DNA from: Basidiobolus meristosporus CBS 931.73
Taxonomy: Eukaryota; Fungi; Basidiobolomycota
NCBI GenBank assembly: GCA_002104905.1
Contig: MCFE01000157.1
Location: 62,001-126,000, forward strand
Direction: 5' to 3'
DNA: 64,000 bases
Shown: positions 1-12,434 of the stretch, piece by piece
Position numbering within the stretch: the first letter of the stretch is position 1
Layout: the number at the start of each line of letters is the position of its first letter
The notes under the pieces: generated by a model
Told to the model about the DNA's origin: nothing
The model's database searches: none
Seen by the model: only the letters and a program-made list of their open reading frames with translations
Position numbers and translations under genes: made by a program

Positions 1-19
1 AGTATTCCATTACAATTAT

Positions 20-349
20 AGACTTGTTCTGTTGGATGGTGCCACATTGAGCCATGATTGCCAAATGATGCCATAGTGTGCCAGAGAGGCCAAGTGCACC
101 TATACTTGGTCACAGAGTGTGAAACATAGCTCTGAATCTTCATGCAAGGCAGCCCCTGTGTTTCACCTATGATGCAGGAGAACATCCATTTTTTGATGTT
201 TTTTTATGGTTCAATGCTGTGCAGGAGGTGTAAGAGCACAAAAGGATTGATGATATGCATCTAGTACTCTATACCCATGGCACTCTGAATCTAGCACCTG
301 TGGCTTGTAACATGTCACAAAAATGCACGGCACTATCTTGGTTGACTGG
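20..349. mobile_element. Foldback/MITE-like element copy F1, left arm (the rest of this copy is at 8934..9338)
   Basis: Starts AGACTTGTTCTGTTGGATGGTG and is colinear with the left arm of the intact foldback at 2168..2899. It is interrupted after CTGG (346..349). Confidence 0.8.
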
Positions 350-394
350 TGTGGTGGTGTAAAGGTACTCCTAAGAGAAGCTACACAACTCCAG

Positions 395-3300
395 CCCTAT
401 GAAAAATAATTTGGTCCTGCAGGTGGATCCAATCCAGATCATCCATCAAGATCCCGTTTAGAGACCGTCATAACAACAGCAGCTTGGAATTAGTGACCCT
501 CCTGACAATCTTATGACAAGATCATGACAGTGTTTTGCAAATTTTACAGCCAAATAAAGGGATAAAACTTGACAATTTTTGATTGGTGCTGTGACAATAT
601 TTGCATGGCACTGTTGCGGTCTTTCAGCGCTCTATTACTATTTTAAGTGGATCCAGCTGGTCAGGACTTCCAATTGCCTTATATGGAATGAAATTTGATG
701 GTATTTTAATGGCCTCACAGCAAGACTCTGATGGCTTTTTCTTGGCAGTATGATGGCCTTCTGCTGATTCTGTATAATGCTACTGTACCAATTTACCATG
801 TGGTATTTCCTTTTTCCACCTCCCCTTGTGTAATTTGTATATTTCACTGTAGAATCACCTTTCTTTATTTGCTTACCTACTACTATCTTGGGTATTCCAC
901 ATATAGTTTGAATCAAAAAAAACTATGGCCTCTTGCTTACTGACCTCTACAAATGTGCACACCTTCTGCAATTGACATACTTCTATCACCTCAACTTTAC
1001 GGCTTTTTAGTGTGATACTTGCAAAGTTGCCATATACCTTGTACTGCTGGTAGCATATACATCTTGCAAACATATGCTTAGTTGTTGCCACTTCTGCCAT
1101 GAATACCTCCAGAATATTGGCAAAGAACTTCTTGGTATTTAGCCAATATATTCCTTCTCCCTGCTGGACTCTAGTCCCCCTTATAGGTGCGCTCTGGCTT
1201 TTGTTTGTGTGAATTCCGTACTGAATGGTGTAGAAGTTGGCTTGTGACCACAAGAAATCCAGCATATCTTGGAGGAGTTTTCATGATAAAAATTAGTTGC
1301 TTGTTGCACCCAACCCAACTTTGCATTACTTAACTGATTACCCACGCATTGGGGCTGCTTAGCTTCTGAATGCTGTAGGCATAAGTGTCTCCATGTGCAC
1401 ATTTGTCCGCAGTATTTTCCAACTCTTTCTGGCTGTCCTCCATGTGCCAACTCATCACATCCATGATGGACTTAAAGGTAATATTCTGGATGAGATTGGG
1501 ATATGGTAGTGCCTGCAACTTGACTTGTCCTCCTATCTCCCCACACATGCGCTCCATAGGAAACTCCCAAAAGGTGAAGCAAGGCCCAGTATTCTCCACA
1601 CACCGTGCAAGATGGAGTAGAGAATGGATACAGTAGCAGCAGAGATCTACACATTCAGCTTTATGTTTGTAGTATAGCCGCTCAAATCCTGTCACAAACT
1701 CCTCACACAACAGCTGTAGATGTGTCATGTTGGCATTGGTGATCCGCTTCTGGATAAATAGTCCTACAATGTCCATATATGACTCCCAATGCTTCCAATG
1801 TACTCATGGTAGGAATGGCTCCAGAACACCACTTGAATGAATAAATATCCAATTCATCCAGTCTTTGCATTTGTATTGTTGTATATGCATATGAATATTG
1901 ATTGGAGCCCATGAGAAGTACCTAGGGTAGTGGATACTCTGTAAAATCTTGCCAATTTTTTCAAAATTTACCGTTATCCCACAGGAAAGCATACAAAATT
2001 CATTCAGCAATGGATACAGGTAGCTATCCAGGTTGGATGTTGATTTATTCCCAGATACCAGTGAGACTACCATCAGATTATTCCTCTGATACCGTAAGAT
2101 GGGCAGCAGATTCAGATTGATGAGAATCAGTGGCCAGCAGGATTTGCTGGTAGAGTACTTGTTTAATAGACTTGTTCCGTTGGATAGTGACACATTGAGC
2201 CATGAGTGCCAAATGATGCCATAGTATGCCAGAGAGGCCAAGTGAGCCCATACTTGGCCACAGAGTGTGAATCATAGATCTGCATCTTCATGCAAAGCAT
2301 CCCCTGTGTTTCACCTATGATGCAGGAGAAATCCATTTTTTGACATTGTTTTGTGGATCAATATTGTGCAGGATGTGCAAGAGCACTAAAGTATTGAAGA
2401 TATACATCTAGTACTCAATACCCATGGCACTCTGAATCTAGCTCCTGTGGCTTGTAACATGTCACAAAAATGCATGGCACTATCTTGGTCCACTGGTACT
2501 ATCTGGCACTATAAGTGCTTTGTATTGATCTTACTTTAGGGCTCATATTTAAATATAGTGCCAGATAGTACCAGTGGACCAAGATAGTGCCATGCATTTT
2601 TGTGACACATTACAAGCCACAGGAGCCAGATTCAGAGTGCCATGGGTATTGAGTACCAGATGCATATCTTCAATCCTTTAGTGCTCTTGCACATCCTGTA
2701 CAACATTGACCTAAAAAAAAAGTCAAAAAATGGATTTTCTCCATCACAATGAGTGAGACACAGGGGCTACTTAGCATGTAGATGCAGATCTATGTTTCAC
2801 ACTCTGTAGCCAAGTGTAGGCTCACTTGGTCTCCCTGGCACACTATGGCATCATTTGGCACTCATGGCTCAATGTGGCACTATCCAACGGAACAAGTCTA
2901 ATGAGAATCCATCAAGTGCTAAAGCAAAGGCATGGTCATACATACCTTCAAGGTAGCCCTTGCTTCTTAGCTGTTTGTAATGTTTGCCATCAAATATATC
3001 AGATATGTTTGCGCTTGATTGATACTGAGTGCAGTACTGTATAGCTTTACAATATTTGTTGGACTACATCAGCTTACTCAGATGGGGTATGACTGGAAAG
3101 CATCTGGAGTGTAAACAATGTTTTCCCTCAATGGTGGTGGATTCCTGACAATTTGGACATGTTGCAATGGTAGTATTTTTGGATGTGAATGCCATGCAAC
3201 TGTTAACAAATGCTGGAATCAGGACAGTCTCTGGATCATATGTTTCCAGCCACATGATGGTTGTCCACTTGTACCATGTACATGGTAAGTTGCATCCTGG

Positions 3301-3801
3301 TATGATTTTGGCAAGAAGTAGTAATAAATCCTCAAAGCCCCCATTACTGATATTAGTGGAAACATGCCACTTCTCTAGCCAAAACATTACATCATTCACC
3401 AGTAGATGGATTACTGGGCTCACTTGGCTCCAAAAAGTATTCTCGGCATTTGTTTCAACAGGTGTTGTCTCATTGCATATAGGGACTTGACCGGGTCCAT
3501 ATGTGGTACTGTTGTTAGGGGAGATAGGCTCAAAATCCATCAGTGAACCTACTTTGTCAGAGCTATCACTCTGCATGCCATATTCAGAAGGCTGAGGTGA
3601 GCCTAGAGGTGCCAAAAACTCACCCGACTCAGTTTGCGCAAGGTGACAAAGATGGCCAGGTGACAATATAGAAGTATCACCTGCCGGCAAGATAATGTTG
3701 GTTCAGTAGTGATTAATGAATGGCCAAATATGACTTGAGTGGCAAAACACTGGCTGTGATCCTTATAATACTTCCTATGCTGTCAGCATGATTCATGGCT
3801 A
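395..3801 (-). mobile_element. CMC/EnSpm (CACTA-type) DNA transposon copy A, degenerate transposase
   Basis: Terminus CCCTATGAAAAATAATTTGGTCC at 395. Minus-strand fragments carry Transposase_21/Tnp2-like motifs (SCWPLILINLNLLP, NLDSYLYPLLNE) and a DUF4218-like motif (HSLLHLARCVENTGP..FWEFPMER). Many stops and frameshifts. Confidence 0.85.
2168..2899. mobile_element. Intact 732-bp foldback (near-palindromic) element F2 with 3-bp TSD AAT
   Basis: AGACTTGTTCCGTTGGATAG...CTATCCAACGGAACAAGTCT, with ~340-bp inverted arms around a ~45-bp AT-rich spacer. AAT lies at 2165..2167 and 2900..2902. Joining the flanks restores the transposase sequence seen uninterrupted near 38280-38310 (opposite strand). 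Confidence 0.9.
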
Positions 3802-4170
3802 TGTTATGATCTGCTGCTTGAGTGTTTAAGTTATATCAGTTTTTAGTCAAATTGATTAGTTATATGTTTAACTTATCAGTATATCAGTATTATCTATGAA
3901 ATCAGTAGCATTAGTCAGCAAATGAATCAGCAGATCCTTATCAGACAGAAATAGATATATTAAGGAGGATCTTATTGTGTTATGATGATGCAACCAAATG
4001 AGTAATCAGCCACAACCTACATTAGGAAATACAATTAGTCAGCAATTGATCTGGCAAAAAGTGTATAAGGAGCTACTGGAACCTCAATAAAGATCAGTTC
4101 AAGTTTTAGTGAATACAATACCAGCTAAACTCCCTATTCCTCTACAACTCTTATACCAAGACTTGTAACA
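3802..4170 (+). repeat. 5' LTR of Gypsy element
   Basis: TGTTATGATC...CTTGTAACA; about 21 differences from the 3' LTR by hand count (~94% identity). Confidence 0.95.
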
Positions 4171-4171
4171 T

Positions 4172-4181
4172 TGGTAGCAGC
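4172..4181 (+). other. Primer-binding site (initiator tRNA-Met type)
   Basis: TGGTAGCAGC one base after the 5' LTR; resembles TGGTAGC-type iMet PBS. Confidence 0.7.
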
Positions 4182-4228
4182 AACAACCAGAAACCTCCCT
4201 CCTGAAGAAAGAAGAAGCCTCCCTCAAG

Positions 4229-7200
4229 ATGTTGGAAAATCAAGAATGGAAGAATGCCATGCAGCAAATCCTGGCCCAGCAGCAACAGTTACTCCAGATC
4301 CTGAGCCAGCAGCAACAAAGAATGACTACCATGGCTCAAAGCCAGCAAAACCCTGTCAAGAGCAACTTTAGTGTGAAGGTCAACCAGTACCATGGCAGAG
4401 TCAACAAAAACCTGGGAACTTGGCTCTTTCAGACTGAAGAAGCTTTTAAGGCTAAAGAAATTGCTCCATAAAGCAAGTTGCATTATGCAGCTTCTTACCT
4501 GACAGATGCAGCTTTACAGTGGTACCATCATAAGATCAGGTCAGCCACTATGATGGGATGCACTACAATCTCTACCTGGGATGAGTTTGTGTCAGAAATT
4601 CAGGATGCCTTTAAACCTCCATACCAGCAGAAACTACAAAGAAGGAAGTTAAAGACGCTTAGACAGCAAGGAATGGTTCAAGAATACATCTATGAGTACA
4701 GATGTCTACTTGCACAAATTGAAAGATTGGATCCCCCGGATCAAGTTGAATACTTTATTGATGGATTGAAAGAAAGAACTTGCAAGGAAGTGAATTATCA
4801 AAGACCTCAGACTATTGAAGAAGCCATCAAGATTGCCATTGACTATGACTCAGCTATGTTTGGAGTTGGGAAGCCCACAATGACTAATCAGAGAGGCTAC
4901 AATCACTAGAAAGAAGACAATCAGAAGCAGTGCCAATGAAAGTAGATGCTATGCAGAAGAATCCTACTTCAGACAAATGTAAGAAGAAAGGACTTTGCTT
5001 CAATTGCCGCCAGCAAGGACATATTGCAAAGTACTGCCCCCAGAGAAGAAATGGACACCAGCCAACAAGAACCTTCAACCATATTGAGTCCCATGAACAC
5101 AGTAATGTGGAGGATGAGCTGGAAGAAGACTTGAAACTCACCTTCCATTTGACAGAGGAGTACTTGTCCCAGATGACCTCAAACTCAGGGAAGTTATTGT
5201 ACTTAAATGGAGTAATCAATGGAGTACCTGCCAAAATCATGATTGACTCAGGAGTATCACATGAATACATGTCAGAACAATTTGCCTTGAAAGCTAGGAT
5301 CAACTTGGAATCTACCAAATCAACTTCAGTCTCCACAGCTGATGGGAACTCTCACATAATCAACCGTATAACCCAGCCAGTAAGAATGAAGATCAATGAC
5401 TATGAAGAAGACCTACAGGCTTATATATTTGGAAACTGCAAGTTTGACCTTGTACTTGGAAAAACCTGGCTATTTTGTTGTAATCCATCAGTCAACTGGA
5501 GAACCCATGCTACGCAGATCCAAAAGGACAACAAGACCTATGAGCTATTACCTGCCAGACTAGATTTCAGCTTGGTCAATTCCAGTGTGTGTGAGACAAG
5601 TGAGCTTAGCAAAACACAGTTCTGTAGAGCACCCAGATGTTCCTCATGGCAGTATTACAGGAGGATTCCTTGACTCCAGTACCCCAGCAGGTCCAGATTC
5701 TCTTGAAGAAATATTCAGACGTGTTTCCAGATGAACTTGTAAGCCTACCACCAGTCAGAGATGTGGATCATGCCAATGACATAGGAGATAGCCCTCCAGT
5801 GAGCAAGACACCTTACAGAATGAGTCCATTGGAGTTGGAGGAAATGAAGAGACAAATTGATCAGCTATTGGAGCAAGGATATATCAGACCCAGCAAGTCA
5901 CTTTGGGAAGCACCAGCACTTTTTGTGAAGAAGACGGATGGAACACTTGGGATGCGCATTGACTACAGAGCCCTCAACTCAGTTACCATGAAGAATAAGT
6001 ACCCCATACCTTGGATTGATGAGCTCTTGGACCAACTCAATGGAGCCACTATTTTCAGCAAGATTGACCTCATGTCAGGATATAACCAGATTAGGGAGAA
6101 GCCAGAAGACATCCCTAAGACAGCATTCAGGACCAGATATGGACATTACAAGTACTTAGTCATGAGTTTTGGCCTCACCAGTGCCCCTGCAATATTTATG
6201 ACCCTGATACAGACTGTCTTCCATGAGTACTTAGACAAGTTTGTCATAATCTACCTGGATGATTTACTGATATACAGCAGGACAGAAGAGGATCACTTGG
6301 TGCACATTGAAAAGGTCTTGAAGAAGCTAAGAGAGAACAAGCTTTATGGCAAGCTACCCAAGTATGAATTCTTTAAGGAACACATTGAATATCTGGGACA
6401 CACAGTGACTAGCACAGGAGTAACCTTAGACCCTAAGAAGGTTGAAGTTATCAAGAACCTGAAGCAGCCCCATAGCATATCAGAGCTAAGATCATTCCTT
6501 GGAATGGTTTCCTATTATTGGAGATTTGTCAGGTCCTTTGTAAGTATTGCAGCCCCTTTAACTGATATCCTCAAGAAAGACAACACCTATAAGTGAGGCA
6601 TAGCTTGTGAGACTGCCTTTCAGATGCTCAAGAATGAACTTGCTAAGCTGCCAAGCTTAAGAGTACCAGACTCAGAAAAGAGTTCACTTGGTACACAAAT
6701 GCTTCAGATTATGCAATTGGTGGAGTGCTGAGCCAAGAACACAAGGGAAAGGACTACGCTGTTGCCTTTGAATCCAAGAAACTGAACTCAGGAGAGCAAA
6801 ACCATCCAGTCCATGTGAAGGAGATGCATGCTATAATACACTGTTTGAAGACATGGAGATGCTATATTGAAGGAGTCAAATGCACTGTGAAGACTGATCA
6901 TGCCTCCCTCAAGTATATATTTACTCAGAAGGTACTCTCTAGAAGAATGACAAGATGGAGTGAATACATTCAGTAATTTGACTTGGAGACTGTCTACAGC
7001 CCTGGAAAAAACAACACGGTTGCTGATGCCCTATGAAGATTAGTTCAAGTTGCACAACCCAACTTGGTGCATGAATCAGATTGGCCTAGCCTATTGCCAA
7101 AGTACTTGGAGGACCAAGCCATTCCCAATGAGGTGGATGAAGATATCAAGAAGATAATCCGTGATGAAGCCAGCAAATTTGTAGTACAGGATGAAACACT

Positions 7201-8346
7201 CTACCAAATTGTTGATGGAAGCCCTATTGCCTATTGCCCTTACGTTTCTTGCCTGGATTTAATACATAAGCTACACATTGGATATGGACATCTTGGAATT
7301 GAAGGAACCTATAGTCTTGTGAAAGCCAGAGCATGGTGGCCCAGAATGAAACAAGACATTGAGAAGCTAGTGAAAATATTCCCAAATTGCCAAATCAACC
7401 AAGGCCAACCACAGAGAATTGCTGAACTCTTTCCCTTGGAGCCTGTAAGACCATTTGAAAGATGGGGAGTTGACTTTATTGGAAGACTGCCAACTATCAG
7501 GAAATGCAACCGTTGGATCCTAGTAGCAATCAACCATGCAACAAAATGGCCGGTGGCTAAAGCTGTACCTATAGTCAGTGAACAAGAAGTTGCAAGTTTC
7601 ATCAACCATGAGATCCTTATGAAGTTTGGATGCCCTGTAGAGATTCTATCCAATAGAGGTGCAAACTTTATGGCAAAGACATTGGAGGCTTACCTGGAAA
7701 TGCAACTGATCAGACACTTGAAAACCTTGGCATATCACCCCAGAACTAATGGAGTCACTCAGCGGTTTAATGGATTATTTGGAAAAATGCTGACCAAGTA
7801 TGCAAATGGAATTGTCAGTAGATGGGATGAGTGTATAGACCAAGCACTCTTTGCATGCAGAGTCAGAGTACACAACACCACCCAGCAATTGCCATTTTAC
7901 TTAGTGTATGGATGTGAACCAAAGATTCCAGGAGATCTCACATAATTAAAGCTTGCAGACACCTTAGAAGATGAACTTAGTCAGCCTAGTAGACACCAGC
8001 AATTGGAACAAAGACAAGAGGCACAGGCCAAAGTATCTCAAAGTGCAGAAAAGATGAAGCAGAGATCTGATAAGACTATAGCACCAGAAGCATTGACAAA
8101 TGGGAACTTTGTATAGCTAAGAAACAACACTCGGAAGAAGTTTGAGCCACAGTGGATAGGACCATTCAAGATCATCAAAGAATGTCCATTTACAACTTAC
8201 CAACTAGTGGACAAACAAGGGAATATCCAGGAAGACTTAGTGCATAGGGACACACTCAAGCTTGCAAGACTTGCTGATAATACTGAACCATCAAGATATT
8301 GGTATCACAAGAAAAGAGATTCAGGAGAACCCTCTCAACTTTAGTA
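4229..8346 (+). pseudogene. Gypsy gag-pol pseudogene
   Basis: ORF fragments 4229..4471, 4478..4909, 4930..5673, 5637..6596, 6725..6976 and 7064..7945 carry successive gag/PR/RT/RH/IN motifs. Confidence 0.9.
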
Positions 8347-8354
8347 GGGGAGAA
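8343..8354 (+). other. Polypurine tract
   Basis: AGTAGGGGAGAA immediately before the 3' LTR. Confidence 0.85.
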
Positions 8355-8723
8355 TGTTATGATCTACCGCTTGGATGTTTAAGTTGGATCAGTTTTTAGT
8401 CAAATCAATTAGTTATATGTTTAACTTATCAGTATATCAGTATTATCTATGAAATCAGTAGCATTAGTCAGCAAATGAATCAGCAGATCCTTATCAGACA
8501 GAAATAGATATATTAAGTAGGATCTTATTGTGTGATGATGATGGAACCAAATGAGTAATCAGCCACAACCTACATTAGGAAATACAATTAGTCAGCAATT
8601 GATCTTGCAAAATGTATATAAGAAGCTGCTGGAACCTCAATAATGATCAGTTCAAGTTTTAGTGAATACAATACTATCTAAGCTCCCTATTCCTGTACAA
8701 CTCTTATACCAAGACTTGTAACA
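8355..8723 (+). repeat. 3' LTR of Gypsy element
   Basis: TGTTATGATC...CTTGTAACA, 369 bp, direct repeat of 3802..4170. Confidence 0.95.
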
Positions 8724-8933
8724 TATGTTGATACATATACTGATCACAAAGCTGAATAACATTGGGGAAAACCAATGCTAATAACTAATCAGGGTAAACA
8801 TCATATGGGGATAATACTAATATTATGGGCAAAAGAAGAATGGGATAACACAGATAAGAAAAAATATGAATAAGTACAACATAATACCTATACAAATAAA
8901 CTTGTCTGTGGGAGGTATGTTTACTCTACCACA

Positions 8934-9338
8934 CTGGTACTATCTGGCACTATATCTAATTATTAGCCCTAATGAAAAATCAATACAAAGCACTTATAGT
9001 GCCAGATAGTACCAGTGGACCAAGATAGTGCCATGCATTTTTGTGGCATGTTACAAGCCACAGATGCTAGATTCAGAGTGCCATGGGTATTGAGTACCCA
9101 ATACATATCTTTAATGCTTTTGTGCACTTACACATCCTGTATAACATTGGCCTAAAAAAAGGTAAAGAAATTAATTTTCTCCAACACATTGGGTGAAACA
9201 CAGGGGCTGCTTTGCATAAAAATGCAGAGCTATGCTGGCACTCTGTGGCCAAGTATAGGCTCACTTGGCCTCCCTGGCACACAATGGCATTAGTTGGCAC
9301 TCATGGCTCAATGTGGCACTACCCAATGGAACAAGTCT
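8934..9338. mobile_element. Foldback copy F1, spacer and right arm
   Basis: CTGGTACTATCTGGCACTATA-spacer-...GGAACAAGTCT; continues the arm broken at 349. Confidence 0.8.
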
Positions 9339-10165
9339 TAGATCTCAAAACCAATATGGCACTCATTTCCTTATTTTGCTTTTGCTATTGTAACACATAA
9401 GTGAAAGATCAAGAAATTCTCACCCTGAGGGACAAAAGCTCAAGACCCTCATAAGCAATCCACTCAGGAGTATGATATCATGCAGAACACTCTGTAGCCA
9501 ACACATGTTTCAAATTACAGCTCATTTGAAGCACAACAGCTTTGATCTTTCAGAATTATTATATATATGACTTTCCAGCTGAAAATAAAAGAAACCTCTC
9601 TTTCCAGAGCTTCCACACTACAGTTACAAATTTAAATGTTATAAAAATTCCCCTGCATCACTTGCACTGCTTGGAATTCTGACTTTGATTGGTACTAAAT
9701 TAGTAAAGAGACTGCAAAGCTCACAAGAATCCAATCTCAGTTCTACAAGAAAACTACTATTTTTCTATTGGAAAGTCCTCTCTAAGAAACCCCTATACTC
9801 TAAAGACACCCCTTTAGAGGCCTCTACATCACACCCCTTTAGGTTAAAGGTGAGTTCAGAATTTCCTTATTATAAAATAGTTTCTCAGAAAGGAAAGTGA
9901 CATCCAAATATGTAGCAGTTACTGTAAAAGCAAATAAGCCCAATAGCTGACAGAAGGTTAAAGCACTGCTGCACAAGTGAGAAACACTACCTACAGTATA
10001 TTTGGAGCCTAACGTTGGGGTTATTAGTAACAGTTATATCTTCTATTGGTAAATCAAACTTGCAATAAACTGTTTTGGTATTAGCATACTAGAAGTTGAT
10101 GAATATTGTTGATTAGCCTCTACATTGTATAAAAAGGCCCAGGCTAATCATAATACAACACAACA
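9339..10165. repeat. Unclassified interspersed repeat family U, copy 1 (its upstream end is at 1..19)
   Basis: Colinear with 30120..31374 (shared ATCTCAAAACC, GTTTCAAATTACAGCTCATTTGAAGCA, CTAATCATAATACAACACAACA). No protein motif recognised. Confidence 0.75.
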
Positions 10166-10388
10166 ATTCTGGCCTGATGAAATTTCTTGTTAGGATTCAC
10201 ATAAAATATTTTCATCAAATTATCATGTGCTCAGATTATGATCTTTCTCAAAGTTATTCAAAAGCCCCCAAACTTGGCGCACATATTCTTGAGACCTTCC
10301 TTAGCAAACCCTACATGTTTACTTGTTCTACTTTATCAAAAATACAAATGTCATACTTGAGATCAATAAACTTGTATTGTTGTATAAT

Positions 10389-10841
10389 GCCACATCAAGC
10401 CATAAGTGCCAAATGACTCCATAGTGTGCCAGCAAGGCCTAGTAAACCTATACTTTGCCACAGATTGTGAGACATAGCTCTTGATCTTTATGCAGAGCAG
10501 CTTCTGTGTTTCACTCATCATGCTGGAGAATATTCTTTATTTGACCTTTTTTTTTGGGATAAATAATGTGTAGAATGTGTCAGTGCACAAAAGAATTGAA
10601 GATATACATCTGGTACTCAGTATCCATGTTACTCTGAGTCTTGCTCCGGTGGTTTGTATCATGTCACAAAAATGTATGGCACTATCTTGGTACACTGGTA
10701 CTATCAGCCATTATAAGCGCTTTGTATATATTTTACTTTAGAGCTAATATTTAAGTATAGTGGCAGATAGTATGAGTGGACCAAGATAGTGCCATGCATT
10801 TCTGTGACATGATACAAACCACCGGAGCAAGACTCAGAGTG
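10389..10841. mobile_element. Foldback copy F3 (truncated)
   Basis: Left arm, spacer and partial right arm homologous to 2168..2899. Confidence 0.8.
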
Positions 10842-10938
10842 ACCTGGCTTGCATCAACCATTAGTATAGTTAGGTGATTAGTATTCTAATAGTCCAGATT
10901 TCTTATGACTTGTGGGGATACTTGGGCCTTTTTTAGCA

Positions 10939-11110
10939 GTTACATTGAGTTTTCTTTTTCTTCTCACCTGATTAATAGGGCGCTCTTTCTTTGTAGTCAG
11001 TATATTGGTTGTGCAGTCTCAGTAGTTGCATTGAATTTTCTTTCTCTTCTCCCCTAATGAAAAGGGTGCTCTTTCTTTGTAGTCCATATATTGTTTATAC
11101 AATTTCAGAA
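10939..11110. repeat. Diverged tandem duplication, ~86-bp unit x2
   Basis: Units start at 10939 (GTTACATTGAGTTTTCTTT) and 11025 (GTTGCATTGAATTTTCTTT); both contain GCTCTTTCTTTGTAGTC. Confidence 0.6.
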
Positions 11111-11504
11111 AATTGTGGTATATAGATCCTGAATAAGCCATAAGTTACCACAAGGTCATAAGCTTGGGTCTGGCTTATGGAAGTGGGCCAGTTACATATC
11201 TTTTGTGCCTTGGAGGCTGCAGGTGAACAACCCTTAGTGTTGCATCTTTGTCCAACAGTGGATATCTCTGATGCTCCATCAGCAGGAACTTAACAAGAAT
11301 GTGTTTGTAGTCATTTGTAGTAAATACAGAGAAGAATTTTTGTCTGTACAAGAGCAAACTTAGGAAAGAATCAAATATAATAAATGCTATATGCTTGGAG
11401 TGTTCCTCATATGTAGTTTCTCTAAGGTAAGTTGATTGTCAGTGCAGTCTCCTAGGAGTGTTCTATGGTCTGAGATTGGAAGCTCAAGTGGCAGTGATCA
11501 GACT

Positions 11505-12130
11505 AGACTTGTTCTTTTGGATGGTGACACAATGAGCCATGACTGCCAAATGATGCCTTTGTGTGCCAGGGAGGCCAAGCAAACCTACAGTTGGTCACAG
11601 AGTGTGAAACATAGCTCCTCATCTTCATGCAAATCAGCCCCTGTGTTTCACCCATTGTGCTGAAGAAATTCCATTTTTTGACCATTTTTGAATCAATGAT
11701 GTGTAGGATGTGTAAGTACACAGATTGACTGAAGACATTCATCTGGTACTTAATATCCATGACACTCTGAATCTAGCTCCTGTGATTTGTATCATGTCAC
11801 AAAAATGTATGATACTATCTTGGCTCACTGGTACTCTCTGCTACTATATTTAAATATTAGCCCAGAAGTAAGATATGTATAAAGCACCTATAGTGCCAGA
11901 TAGCACCAGAAGACCAAGATAGCGCCATGCATTTTTGTTACATGTTACAGGTGGCAGGAGCTAGATTCAGAGTGCAATGGGTATTAAGTACCAGATGCAT
12001 GTCTTCAGTCCATCTGTGCTCTTAAACATCCAGCCCATCATTAATACAAAAAAATGATAAAAAAATGGATTTTCTCCTACAAAATAGGTGAAACACCAGG
12101 GCTGCTTTGCATGAATTTTCAGAGCTATGT
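11505..12130. mobile_element. Foldback copy F4 (right arm truncated)
   Basis: Starts AGACTTGTTCTTTTGGATGGTG; spacer and about two thirds of the right arm are present. Confidence 0.8.
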
Positions 12131-12434
12131 ATAATGCTCTAACTGACTATATGATTATCAATCATTGTGTTCCAGAAGGTTCCAGAGATCAATTGAAGTC
12201 TCAATGGCATCAGAAGGAGTCTCAAATGCTCTATGTAATTATTGCAAGGTTCTAAAGGGCCAGTCATAACCAACCAATTAGGGATCAGTATTCTGAAAGC
12301 AGTTTTACATATGGATACCATATGTGCATTGAAATATATATATACTATGCATACTTGTAATTCCATCTAAATATCTGCCTAATAAATCAATAAAATCACT
12401 ATCACAAGTCTTAGAGAATACCAAATAAATATCT

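Larger units (their letters stand above)
3802..8723 (+). mobile_element. Ty3/Gypsy LTR retrotransposon, full-length but degenerate
   Basis: Two 369-bp LTRs, PBS and PPT. Gag with CCHC knuckle (CFNCRQQGHIAKYC), protease (IDSG), RT (YLDD), RNase H and integrase (WGVDFIG) in Gypsy order, broken by stops and frameshifts. Confidence 0.95.
350..8933. mobile_element. Element with TGT...ACA termini and 4-bp TSD (CTGG), now carrying nested insertions; class uncertain (Ginger-like DNA transposon or LTR-derived)
   Basis: Left end TGTGGTGGTGTAAAGGTACTCC versus reverse complement of right end TGTGGTAGAGTAAACATACCTCC. CTGG lies at 346..349 and 8934..8937. Removing the element restores the foldback consensus ...ACTGGTACTATC. 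Confidence 0.6.

Noticed and set aside
346-349. CTGG TSD as a decayed CCGG Ginger1 target
   Set aside because: All foldback copies and both arms read CTGG/CCAG with no reciprocal variant, so there is no evidence for an ancestral CG.
7950-8346. Chromodomain at the end of the Gypsy integrase
   Set aside because: The C-terminal region shows a GPF-type motif but no recognisable chromodomain before the PPT.
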